Assembly: GCA_964016885.1 (NCBI GenBank)
Contig: OZ024740.1
Location: forward strand, 212,102,001 to 212,166,000
Length of the DNA stretch: 64,000 nucleotides
Direction: 5' to 3'
Source: Eledone cirrhosa
Taxonomy: Eukaryota
Shown: positions 25,654 to 37,559 of the stretch, in pieces
How positions within the stretch are numbered: the stretch's first letter is position 1
Layout: each line of letters starts with the position of its first letter
The notes under the pieces: generated by a model
The model's input: the letters and a program-made list of their open reading frames with translations, nothing else
What the model was told of the DNA's origin: nothing
Database searches by the model: none
Translations under genes and position numbers: made by a program

Positions 25654-25695
25654 AGTAACATGAAATAATGTGTCTTGATTGTACCAGCTTAATGA

Positions 25696-28418
25696 AACTT
25701 AGTCACGTATTATACACCTCACAATATGTTCTATCAACTATAAACTTAGTCATGTATTACACACCTCACAATACTTTGTATCAACTATACTAATATAAAC
25801 AGTCATGTATTACACACCTCACAATACTTTGTATTAACTATACTAATATAAACAGTCATGTATTACACATCTCACAATACTTTGTATTAACTATACTAAT
25901 ATAAACAGTCATGTATTACACATCTCACAATACTTTGTATTAACTATACTAATATAAACTTAGTCATGTATTACACACCTCACAATACTTTGTATCAACT
26001 ATACTAATATAAACAGTCATGTATTACACACCTCACAATACTTTGTATTAACTATACTAATATAAACAGTCATGTATTACACACTTCACAATACTTTGTA
26101 TCAACTATACTAATATAAACAGTCATGTATTACACACCTCACAATACTTTGTATTAACTATACTAATATAAACAGTCATGTATTACACACCTCACAATAC
26201 TTTGTATCAACTATACTAATATAAACAGTCATGTATTACACATCTCACAATACTTTGTATTAACTATACTAATATAAACAGTCATGTATTACACATCTCA
26301 CAATACTTTGTATTAACTATACTAATATAAACAGTCATGTATTACACATCTCACAATACTTTGTATTAACTATACTAATATAAACAGTCATGTATTACAC
26401 ATCTCACAATACTTTGTATTAACTATACTAATATAAACAGTCATGTATTACACATCTCACAATACCTTGTATTAACTATACTAATATAAACAGTCATGTA
26501 TTACACATCTCACAATACTTTGTATTAACTATACTAATATAAACAGTCATGTATTACACACCTCACAATACTTTGTATCAACTATACTAATATAAACAGT
26601 CATGTATTACACACCTCACAATACTTTGTATTAACTATACTAATATAAACAGTCATGTATTACACACTTCACAATACTTTGTATCAACTATACTAATATA
26701 AACAGTCATGTATTACACACCTCACAATACTTTGTATTAACTATACTAATATAAACAGTCATGTATTACACATCTCACAATACTTTGTATTAACTATACT
26801 AATATAAACAGTCATGTATTACACACTTCACAATACTTTGTATCAACTATACTAATATAAACAGTCATGTATTACACACCTCACAATACTTTGTATCAAC
26901 TATACTAATATAAACAGTCATGTATTACACATCTCACAATACTTTGTATTAACTATACTAATATAAACAGTCATGTATTACACACTTCACAATACTTTGT
27001 ATTAACTATACTAATATAAACAGTCATGTATTACACACCTCACAATACTTTGTATCAACTATACTAATATAAACAGTCATGTATTACACATCTCACAATA
27101 CTTTGTATTAACTATACTAATATAAACAGTCATGTATTACACACTTCACAATACTTTGTATTAACTATACTAATATAAACAGTCATGTATTACACACTTC
27201 ACAATACCTTGTATCAACTATACTAATATAAACAGTCATGTATTACACACCTCACAATACTTTGTATCAACTATACTAATATAAACAGTCATGTATTACA
27301 CACTTCACAATACTTTGTATTAACTATACTAATATAAACAGTCATGTATTACACACTTCACAATACTTTGTATCAACTATACTAATATAAACAGTCATGT
27401 ATTACACACCTCACAATACTTTGTATCAACTATACTAATATAAACAGTCATGTATTACACATCTCACAATACTTTGTATTAACTATACTAATATAAACAG
27501 TCATGTATTACACACTTCACAATACTTTGTATTAACTATACTAATATAAACAGTCATGTATTACACATCTCACAATACTTTGTATTAACTATACTAATAT
27601 AAACAGTCATGTATTACACATTTCACAATACTTTGTATCAACTATACTAATATAAACAGTCATGTATTACACACCTCACAATACTTTGTATTAACTATAC
27701 TAATATAAACAGTCATGTATTACACACTTCACAATACTTTGTATCAACTATACTAATATAAACTTAGTCATGTATTACACACCTCACAATACTTTGTATT
27801 AACTATACTAATATAAACAGTCATGTATTACACATCTCACAATACTTTGTATCAACTATACTAATATAAACAGTCATGTATTACACGCCTCACAATATGT
27901 TCTATCAACTATACTAATATAAACTTAGTCATGTATTACACACCTCACAATACTTTGTATCAACTATACTAATATAAACAGTCATGTATTACACACCTCA
28001 CAATACTTTGTATTAACTATACTAATATAAACAGTCATGTATTACACACCTCACAATACGTTCTATCAACTATACTAATATAAACTTAGTCATGTATTAC
28101 ACACCTCACAATACTTTGTATTAACTATACTAATATAAACAGTCATGTATTACACACCTCACAATACTTTGTATCAACTATACTAATATAAACTTAGTCA
28201 CGTATTACACACCTCACAATACGTTCTATCAACTATACTAATATAAACTTAGTCATGTATTAAACACCTCACAATACTTCCTAACACACCTCACAATACT
28301 TTGTATTAACTATACTAATATAAACAGTCATGTATTACACACCTCACAATACTTTGTATCAACTATACTAATATAAACAGTCATGTATTACACACCTCAC
28401 AATACTTTCTATCAACTA
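25696..28418. repeat. 53-bp tandem minisatellite, ~51 units; ~4 more units at 29620-29838
   Basis: Unit AGTCATGTATTACACACCTCACAATACTTTGTATTAACTATACTAATATAAAC (starts at 25801 and 25854), with few variable positions. Confidence 0.97.
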
Positions 28419-29620
28419 TCATCATCATCATCATCAACATTTAATGTCCGTGTTCCACGCTTGCATGGGTTTGGACGGGGGTTTTCCCACTTGAGGCAAG
28501 AGTGATTGTCTTGCTCGCATAGGACTGTCTGGCAGGTTTTCTACAGCTGGATGCCCTTCCTAACACCAACCACATTTCCAGTGTGGGTCTGGGAGGTTTT
28601 TACCGTGTTGCCTACACGGCCACATTACAGCGTGGACTGTGTGTTTTTTTGTCGTGACACCTACACGATCTCATTTGTTTCGGCCTGGATGGTGTGGCAC
28701 CAACATAACTTTACATAGAAGGGGGCGGTGTGGATGGGGTGGGGGTGGTGGGACGGGGGTGTATTTTGTTAGAGATGCCTACTGACTGTAGTAGGTTTTA
28801 CTTTGTATTTAGGTAAGGCGGGTCTTCTCTATTACTGAGTACCGCCAAAGGTCTCGGTCCAGTGACATTGTCTTGGTGAGGTGTAAGTGTGTGAGGTCGG
28901 AGTTTATCAGCTCATCCCAGGTTTTTCTGGGTCTGCCTATTCCGTGGCTACCGTCTATCTTTATTGCCCTGCACTTTGTTATACAGCTATTGTCCTTCAT
29001 GCGCATCACGTGACCATACCAACGTAACCTTCTCTCGAGTAAACAACATCTGATCCCTCTTATTTCTAATTTTTTCCTTAGTTCGTTTATGCTTTGTCGT
29101 TCACGTATATTACTATTACACATCCAGCGGAGCATGCAAGCTTCGTTTCTCTCTAGTCTGCTTATATCCTCTGCACACAATGCCCAGGTCTCACTGCCAT
29201 GCAACATTGCTGTTCGTATGCAGGCATCGTACAACCTGCCTTTCATTTTTAGGGAGAACCCTTTAGCGGCTAATAGTGGTATAAGCTCTCTGAACTTTTT
29301 CCACCCAGTTCTGACTCTAGCTACTGTACTTTCAGAGCACCCTCCCCCACTGCTGATTTTGTCACCCAGGTAACGGAAGCTGTCCACTATTTCTATAGAA
29401 CCCTCTGCGCAGTTGAAAGAGCTAGTATTTTGTGGGCACTTGCTGTTACTTATTGCCCCAGAACACCGGCCACATGTAAAATCTATGTTCTTAGTTAGCT
29501 TACCTGTGATCCCACTAATTCTTTTATGCACCCAAACTTTGCATTTGGGACACAAAATGGAATTTCTACCTACGCCTTTCCTACACTCTGCGCATGGCCA
29601 CTTCCCAGAGGGGACCGCCA
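28419..29620 (-). mobile_element. 5'-truncated RTE-clade LINE inserted in the satellite
   Basis: ORF 28809-29621 has FRYLG, MLHGSETW, RLRWYGHV and GRPRKTW; (GAT)n tail at 28419-28435. Confidence 0.9.
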
Positions 29621-29904
29621 CTAATATAAACGTAGTTGTGTATTACACACCTCACAATACTTTGTATTAACTATACTAATATAAACAGTCATGTATTACA
29701 CACTTCACAATACTTTGTATCACCTATACTAATATAAACGTAGTCGTGTATTACACACCTCACAATACTTTGTATTAACTATACTAATATAAACGTAGTC
29801 GTGTATTACACACCTCACAATACTTTGTATCAACTATATCACTTTACTGTCAAATATATATTTCAGAGAAGCTTTATATGTTTACTCTGTCAGTAAAAAG
29901 AAAT

Positions 29905-31895
29905 CATCATGATCATCATCATTTTACGTCCACTTTTCCCTGCTTGCAAGGGTGCGATGGGAACTGATTCTGGCTTGATTTCTACAGCTGGATGCCCTTC
30001 CTAACACCAACCTCATTTACAGTGAGTGGTGGGTGCTTTTTTTCCATGGCGCCTACACATCCACTTTACAGTGTGGGCTGTGTGCTTTTTTGCCGTGGCT
30101 CCACCACGACCACTTTGCAGTGGGAGAGTGTGGGGGCATATTGCCTATATGCTTCAGCTTCGGCTTGTACCCGTGGGGGGTTGGGTCTTCTGTATTACTG
30201 TGTGACGCCAGAGGTCACGGTCGTGTGTCATCGCCTTTGAGAGGTGTAATTGGGTAAGGTCGGCTTTTATCACCTCATCCCAGGTCTTCTTGCATCTCCC
30301 CACTCCGCGGTTTCCATCGACTTCTAGTGCTCTGCACCTTTTTATGCAGCTGTCATCTTTCATACGCATCACATGTCCATACCAACGCAACCGCCTCTCC
30401 TGCACACAGCATTTGATTCCTCTTATGCTCAGTCTCTCTCTTAATTCATTTATGCTTTGCCATTCGGGTATATTACTATTACACATCCATCGGAGCATGC
30501 AGGCTTAATTTCTTTCTAATCTACACAAGTCTTCCACAGTCAGTGCCCAGGTCTCACTACCATGTAACATTGCTGTTCATATACATGCATCATACAGTCT
30601 GCCTTTCATTTTGAGGGAAAACCCTTTTGCAGCTAGCAGTGGCAGTAGATCCCTGAACTTCTTCCATCCCGTTCTTACCCTAGTTATTGTACTTTCTGAA
30701 CACCCACATCCGCTGCTAATTCGGTCACCTAGGTAGCAGAAGCTGTCTACTGTTTCTACAGAGCCCTCCCAGAGATTGGTGGTACTTGTTTCCTGTGGCT
30801 GTTTGCTGCTTGCTGTCCCAGCACAGCTGCTACATGTGAAGCCTATATTTTTAATTAAACTTCCTGAGATCCCACTATATCTCTTGTGTACCCATTGTTT
30901 GCATTTGGAGCAGAGAATCGAGTTCCTACCTACACCTTTCCTACATACTGATCAAGGCCATTTCCCTGAGGGGATCTGGGTTCTGTTTTCTCGTCTACTT
31001 ACAAGGACCTTAGTCTTTGTCAGGTTGACTTTGAGACCCTTTCTTTCTAGTCCCTGCTTCAAAGTTTGGAATTTCTTCTCTAGTTCTACCCTAGATTCAG
31101 CTATAAGTGCGAGGTCATCAGCATACAGGAGTTCCCATGGGCATCCGGTCTTAAACTCCTCCGTTATTGCCTGCAGGACTACGATGAACAGGAGAGGCCT
31201 AAGAACAGAGCCCTGGTGGACACCGACCTGTATGCTAAATTCCTCGCTATACTCATTGCTAATCCTAACTTTGCTGACTGCTCTCCTATACATGGTTTGT
31301 ACAGCTTTCACAAGCCATTCATCTTCTCCTAGTTTTCTAAGAGCCCACCAGATTATAGCACGGGGAACTCTGTCAAAGGCTTTCTCGAGATCGATGAATG
31401 CCAGGTAGAGTGGCTTACTTTTAGCTAGGTACTTTTCCTGTAACTGCCTCACAAGGAAGAGGGCATCAGTGGTGCCTCTTCCTGGCACAAACCCAAATTG
31501 CATCTCATCTAGTTTCACCCGGTCCCTAATCAACTGTGCTATAACTCTTTCTGTTACTTTCATGACCTGGTCCATCAGCTTTATACCTCTATGCTTCCTC
31601 TATCTAGTGCATCACCTTTACCTTTGTAGCAGTTGACAATGATGCTACTGCATCAATCCTTTGGTATGAGTTCTTCTAGTATTACCTGGTTAACAATACG
31701 TGTGGTTATAGTGTGACCTACTGATCCAGATGCCTTCAGCATCTCGGCAGCTATATCCGATGGACAGGTTGCCTTCCCCGTCTTCATATCTTTGATTGCC
31801 TTACTTACTACGCTGTTGCTGACTTGTACTGCCAGCCCCTCTATAGGGTCTACTTGGAGTAGGGTCTCTTCTTCCCATGCATTCTCCTCATTTAG
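29905..31895 (-). mobile_element. RTE-clade LINE, degenerate RT
   Basis: QFGFVPGRGTTDA, FIDLEKAFDRV, GVHQGSVL, LYADD; (GAT)n tail near 29905. Confidence 0.92.
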
Positions 31896-32067
31896 TAATA
31901 TATATATATATATATACACTTAATCCTCCTCCCATCCCCAAACTGTACCAGAACCTCGGCTCTGATAATAAAATATTTTATGAACTATTCCCAGGCTTTC
32001 CTGATTGGCTGAGTATTGATTATGTAAGATAATCTGTGAATACATATATTTATTTCTTTGTTCTTAG

Positions 32068-32173
32068 GGTTTGAAAGATGAAAATGGGAGACTCAGTCAG
32101 CTATTAGGGGAGAAAGAATTTGAAATACGACAGCTTCAGAAAGAACTTTTGACACAAAATGATACAGTAAGAT
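32068..32173 (+). CDS. CCDC13: Host gene exon (CCDC13-like), phase 0-1: GLKDENGRLSQLLGEKEFEIRQLQKELLTQNDTVR
   Basis: tttctttgttcttag acceptor and gtaagt donor at 32174. DENGRL..LL.EK.FEI resembles CCDC13 as I recall it (DENGRLYKLLKERDFEIK); not database-verified. Confidence 0.82.
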
Positions 32174-32744
32174 GTAAGTTTTATAACATTATTCTTTTAC
32201 TAAAAACAAAGAAAATTATTTAACTGAATTAAAATTTAGCTTCAGCATAGCTGTATATATATATATGAATATACATTTCATATATCTAAAAGTATATGGT
32301 ATGTTTGATAAATAAACATTTTGAAAGCCCAGCTATGAATATTGAAAGGCACATGGTCAGCGTCGTCTAGCTAGCAGATTCCAGCAGAAGCAAGGGCGGG
32401 GGGGGACAACTTTTTATGCACATTTCAAGCTTATAGCTCTCATCGGGACAGTGTCTCCCCTGCTCTCTTCTGCAACTTGAAAACAAGCAAAAGGTTGTAG
32501 CATCCCTGTGACAATTAATTTTCTTTAGACATTAAAAAACATATATGACAAAAAAATAACATTACAAAAAATCCCATATGTTGTAAAATAAATAGGATGG
32601 GTTAGGATTTCAATATGTAAACCAAACGACTAATTCTGGTTTAAAAAACAACAATCAAGAGAGACAACCTAGAAAAAATATAAATTTTTAAACACCCCCT
32701 CCCACTTTTTCCAAATCCCCTCTTATTTGGGACCGTAGAGGACA

Positions 32745-32885
32745 TCCTAACCCTGCTTCTCGTAAGAAGTGACTAAAATGGTTAATGTCAAGTAGGGCAT
32801 CTGATTGTAAAACATTACCTCAAAAAGCCCCATCCAACCCATGCTAGCGTAGAAAAGTGAATGTAAAAATGATGATGATGATTAT
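32745..32885 (+). mobile_element. RTE-type 3' tail fragment; others at 33277-33500 (-), 33750-33800 (+), 35505-35680 (+)
   Basis: GGGCATC...CCCATGCTAGCGTAGAAAA..AAAATGATGATGATG, shared with the RTE 3' UTRs in this window. Confidence 0.7.
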
Positions 32886-33515
32886 TGATGTATTATTGAA
32901 GTAAATAGAAAGTAATAAAAGAATGTGATGTGACACTGAGAATATGATAACGTGACAACGTGCTGTAAAGTTTGGCTTTGTGTGGACTCTAAAAATTGTT
33001 TCAGCTTTATTTATTTATTAGTTTGAGGAAAGACAGTATTTTATAAGCTTTTGTATATACAAACATAATGTTTATTTCTGTGTGTATATATATATATATA
33101 TATATACACTGTTGGTTAAAAATCCATAGGAATAGTTTCAAACAATTTACCCCCTTCTACAACAGTTTCTAGAACATTCTGTAGCAGTGTAGCATTGAAG
33201 CATAAAACAACAAAAAAGAAATGTTAATCCATAAGTAACTTATTTATTAACCTAGTAGGTTGTCAAGGAATATGTTATCATCATCATTGTTTAACATCCA
33301 TTTTCCACACTAGCATGGGTTAGACGTGTTTGTCCCATTAGAGGCAAGTTGGGTGACCATGTCTCGCTCATATAGAACTGTTTTTGGCTGGTTTTCTATG
33401 GCTGGATGCCCTTCCTAATGCCAACCACATTCACAGTGTGTGCTGGGTGCTTTTTGTTGTGACACCTATATGACAACATTACTGTGTGGGCTGGATGTTT
33501 TGTGGTACCAATATA

Positions 33516-33563
<48 letters not shown>

Positions 33564-33869
33564 TGATGATGATGTGTAAACTGGTTTCTGAAATATACTT
33601 GAGCTACCAGAAAAATGGGTTTGTAAGTAGTGTGAACAAATAAAGAAGGGGCTCAGTCACTGATGAAATCTCATCACACCTAAGTCCCCTTTTTTTCTGT
33701 CCACAGTGATATTGTATATACAGATTTGTCTAATCCCAGAAATGCAACAGCCCGTCTTAACCATACAAGCATAGAAAATAGATGTAAAATGATGATGAAA
33801 TAACGTGTTTACATTTGTCTATATGTACAATGCTGCGTAAAAATATGGATATATTTTAATAATAAATAA

Positions 33870-35282
33870 AAAAAATAAATAATAATAATGAGATTATTGT
33901 GTACAGTGCTCAGGTGCACTACAACTCATCAAAGGTACATGTATAGTACATAGAATAATTGTTTCTACATTTGGCACAAGGCCAGCAATTACCCAGTGCA
34001 TTACTGGTACTTTATTTTATCGGCCCCATAAGGATGAAAGGCAAAGTTAACCTCGGCGGGATTTGAACTCAGATCATAAAGGGACGTAACTCTATGCTTC
34101 AAAGCATGGTGTCCGACTCTCTACCGATACTGCCAATCCACCGCCCTATATAATTGTTTCTACTTTTGGCACAAGGCCAGCAATTACCCAGTGCATTACT
34201 GGTACTTTATTTTATCGACCCCCGTAAGGATGAAAGGCAAAGTCAACCTCGGCGGGATTTGAACTCAGATCGTTAAGGGACGTAACTATGCTGGAAAGCA
34301 TGGCGTCCGACCCCCTACCGATACTGCCAATCCACCGCCTCAAGTACATAGAATAATGTTCAAATGTCAGGAAAATGAATAGTGTATCAGTCATGATATA
34401 TATATGTGTGTATGTGTGTGGAGGGGGAATATTAGGTGTAGTGTTGGTGAATTTCAGGAAGCATGGAGGTTTTAAAGGATGCAGTGTCTCGACAGCTAAC
34501 AACTGATGCAGATAGTTTGTTCCATGCTTCAGCAACTCTGAGCGTGAAAAAATGTTTCCGAAAGTCATGGGTGCTGTGTTGTTTTCTGACTTTGTAGGTA
34601 TGCCCACGTGTGTTAGACATATGGAATTCAAAAAGGTGCTCAGGGTTGTTGTTGGCAAGATGGTTAATCATTTTGTGGGTGTTTACAAAGTTAGTTGCCA
34701 GACGTCAAAGTTTCAGTGTATCCATGCCCAGGGAAGCAAGGCATTCAGTGTATGGTAGATGCCTGGTGGAGGGTATTCGCTTGGTTGCAGGTCTCTGAAC
34801 AGTTTCCAGGAGGTTAATGTTCTGAGCAAGATAAGGGTTCCAGACTGGAGATGCAAATTCTAAGTGTGGCCACACCATAGCTATATACAGCTTTAAACAG
34901 ATAGCTAGAGGGCAGCTGACAAAGGTCTTGCTGAGTGATGCTAAGACACCCTCGACCTTCTTGACAATTTTAGAGACGTGTTTCGTCCAAAGCAAATCGC
35001 TGCTGACCGTAATGCCCAGATCATGTTCACAAGAAGACTTCTTGATATTAGTGTTGTGAAGGGAGTATGTGGATGCTGGGTTTTTACTCCCAAAATGCAT
35101 GGTGGTACACTTGTCCACAGCCAGCTTGAGTTGCCAGTCTGTGATCCATTGTTGCATTGTGTCCAGGTCTGATTGCAAGAAAGATCTATAGTGTTCAGGA
35201 TCTGTCTTTTTTATCTCAAGGTTCAGCTTGATGTCATCTGCATATTTCAGCACTGTGGCATTCTTTAAGTTGGCATCTATTT
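33870..35282 (-). mobile_element. CR1/L2-group LINE 3' fragment
   Basis: KYADDIKL, LQSDLD..QQW..DWQLKL..DKC, HLEFASPVWNP, TRGH, FFTLRV.EAWNKL. Confidence 0.88.
33960..34342 (-). mobile_element. Tandem SINE dimer enclosed by one TSD
   Basis: Two full SINEs (33960-34147, 34154-34342). AGTACATAGAATAAT at 33945-33959 and 34343-34357. Confidence 0.9.
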
Positions 35283-35757
35283 TGTAGTACAGTAAAACAT
35301 TGAAGAAAAACACTGTCAATGCCTCAGTAATTTATTAATTTAACTAGATGCCAAAAGTGCGCAAAGTCACAAGAAATAGTGAGTTTATAAACAGTATGTT
35401 TGTGGACATTTAAAGAGGGTACTCAATCATTGATAAAACTCCAACAGTAGAATTGAAACTATTCTATCTAATCCATATGTTTTCTTTCAATGAATATTTA
35501 TATATAGTCCACGCTGTAAAGTGGTTGGTGTTAGGAAGGGCATCCAGCCATAGAAATCAAGCTAGAAACAGTTCTGTGTGAGCAAGACTCAGTCAGCTGA
35601 TCTGACATCTCACAAAAGGACAACTCATCTAATCCCATGCTAGCGTAGAAAATAGACGGTAAATGATGATGATGATGATGTAAGTACTGGCCTATCTAAC
35701 GTCATGCAATAATAGAAAATAGATATTAAAAAGCGAGACAAATATCACATCTGTTTG

Positions 35758-35838
35758 TATAAATACTACTAGATAAACATATAAATACTACTAGATAAAC
35801 ATATAAATACTACTAGATAAACATATAAATACATAAAC
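35758..35838. repeat. 22-bp tandem repeat, ~3.5 copies
   Basis: TATAAATACTACTAGATAAACA repeated. Confidence 0.85.
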
Positions 35839-35999
35839 ATAGCACAGTATAATATTGACTTTAACCTCCTTAATTAAACAACAGTGTGTGGGGTTGTTAT
35901 CAGGGATCAATATCTATCATGTTGATACAAGATGTCTTTCTGTATTTAATATTGTCTTTACTTATTTAATCCTTGATTAATCTTATTTAATCCTTGCAT

Positions 36000-36125
36000 G
36001 GAGGCAAATGGCTTAGTGGTTAGAGCATTGGCCTTGCAATCGAAAGGTTGTGAGTTCAATTTTCAGACCGGGTGATGTGTTGTGTCCTTGAGCAAGACAC
36101 TTTATTTCACATTGCTCCATTTTAG
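36000..36125 (+). mobile_element. tRNA-headed CORE-like SINE 5' part; older relative at ~37315-37395
   Basis: A box TGGCTTAGTGG and B box GAGTTCAATT, then GTGTCCTTGAGCAAGACACTT (CORE-like). Confidence 0.7.
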
Positions 36126-36451
36126 TTAGCTATAGAAATGAGAGGATAGGACTGGGGTCCCTATCATTCCACTGCAAAGTGGTCGTGGAGGTACCACGGC
36201 AAAAAAGCACACAGCCCACGCTGTAAAGTGGACGTGTAGGCGCCACGGAAAAAAAGCACCCAATACTCACTGTAAATGAGGTTGGTGTTAGGAAGGGCAT
36301 CCAGCTGTAGAAATCAAGCCAGAATCTGTTCCCATCGCACCCTTGCAAGCAGGGAAAAGTGGACGTAAAATGATGAGGATCATGATGATTTCTTTTTACT
36401 GACAGAGTAAACATATAAAGCTTCTCTGAAATATATATTTGACAGTAAAGT

Positions 36452-36825
36452 GATATAGTTGATACAAAGTGTTGTGAGGTGTGTAATACACGACTACGTT
36501 TATATTAGTATAGTTAATACAAAGTATTGTGAGGTGTGTAATACATGACTAAGTTTATATTAGTATAGTTAATACAAAGTATTGTGAGGTGTGTTAGGAA
36601 GTATTTTGAGGTGTTTAATACATGACTAAGTTTATATTAGTATAGTTAATACAAAGTATTGTGAGGTGTGTAATACATGACTAAGTTTATATTAGTATAG
36701 TTAATACAAAGTATTGTGAGGTGTGTTAGGAAGTATTGTGAGGTGTTTAATACATGACTAAGTTTATATTAGTATAGTTGATAGAACGTATTGTGAGGTG
36801 TGTAATACGTGACTAAGTTTCATTA
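36452..36825. repeat. Short inverted copy of the 53/55-bp minisatellite (~7 units)
   Basis: Reverse complement of the units at 25696-28418. Confidence 0.92.
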
Positions 36826-37084
36826 AGCTGGTACAATATGGTAGAAATATATAAAAGGCAAAGAATGGCAAACAAAACAAAGTAATGTTTTTATCCAGTA
36901 TAAATGTAAAAATGAAGACGGTTCAAAACAAAACCAATGATCAATGTGTTCTGCTCTGTTTTTTCATTTGAAAAGAGGGTATTAGCCCTATTATTATGTT
37001 GATTTAATTAGCCCTAAAATATTATGTTGACTGAAACTTATCAGTCATTTATTACATATTTATGAGAGAATATTTTTCTTGCAG

Positions 37085-37224
37085 TACCAGAAATTACAAA
37101 TGATGCTGCAGCTATGAAAATTGTGGAACTTTCTAAAAACCTGCGTAAAGCAGTGTCATATCTTGAAGTTGAGAAAACAAAATCCAGAAATTTAACAAAA
37201 CTGTATGAAGAATTGAAAGAAGAG
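37085..37224 (+). CDS. CCDC13: Host gene exon (CCDC13-like), phase 1-0: (L)PEITNDAAAMKIVELSKNLRKAVSYLEVEKTKSRNLTKLYEELKEE
   Basis: tttttcttgcag acceptor and GAG|gtaact donor; phase matches the previous exon. DAAAMKIVELSK resembles CCDC13 DVVATKIVELSK (recalled). Confidence 0.85.
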
Positions 37225-37559
37225 GTAACTATTATCATGGCAACTACTAGTATACTATTAGTATATCAATGAGTTATTAGTAACAAAGTATATATATGAT
37301 GATGATGATGATTTTGTAGTTAGGGTGTTTTACTCAATTGTAAGGGCATCTGTTTGGTTCCCTGTGGCCTTGAACAAGACACATTATTTCATGTTACTCA
37401 AAGCCACTCAGCTGGAAAAAAATAATTGTGCCTGTAAATTAAAAATGTCAGTCTTATCTTACACTGTGCCATGCTTAATCTATCCTATTGATATATACAA
37501 CTATGTTAGAGTGAACACCTTAATTAAAAACAAAATCTGACACTTTTGAAAAAAAAAAA

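Larger units (their letters stand above)
24939..30123 (-). repeat. Inverted duplicate of 36169-37900, lacking 36838-37374, with later insertions
   Basis: 24939-25464 matches 37383-37900; 25678-25740 matches 36775-36837; 29820-30123 matches 36169-36470; all as reverse complement. Confidence 0.9.

Noticed and set aside
25696-28418. Regular repeat resembling a CRISPR array
   Set aside because: Units are contiguous with no unique spacers, there are no cas genes, and the context is eukaryotic.
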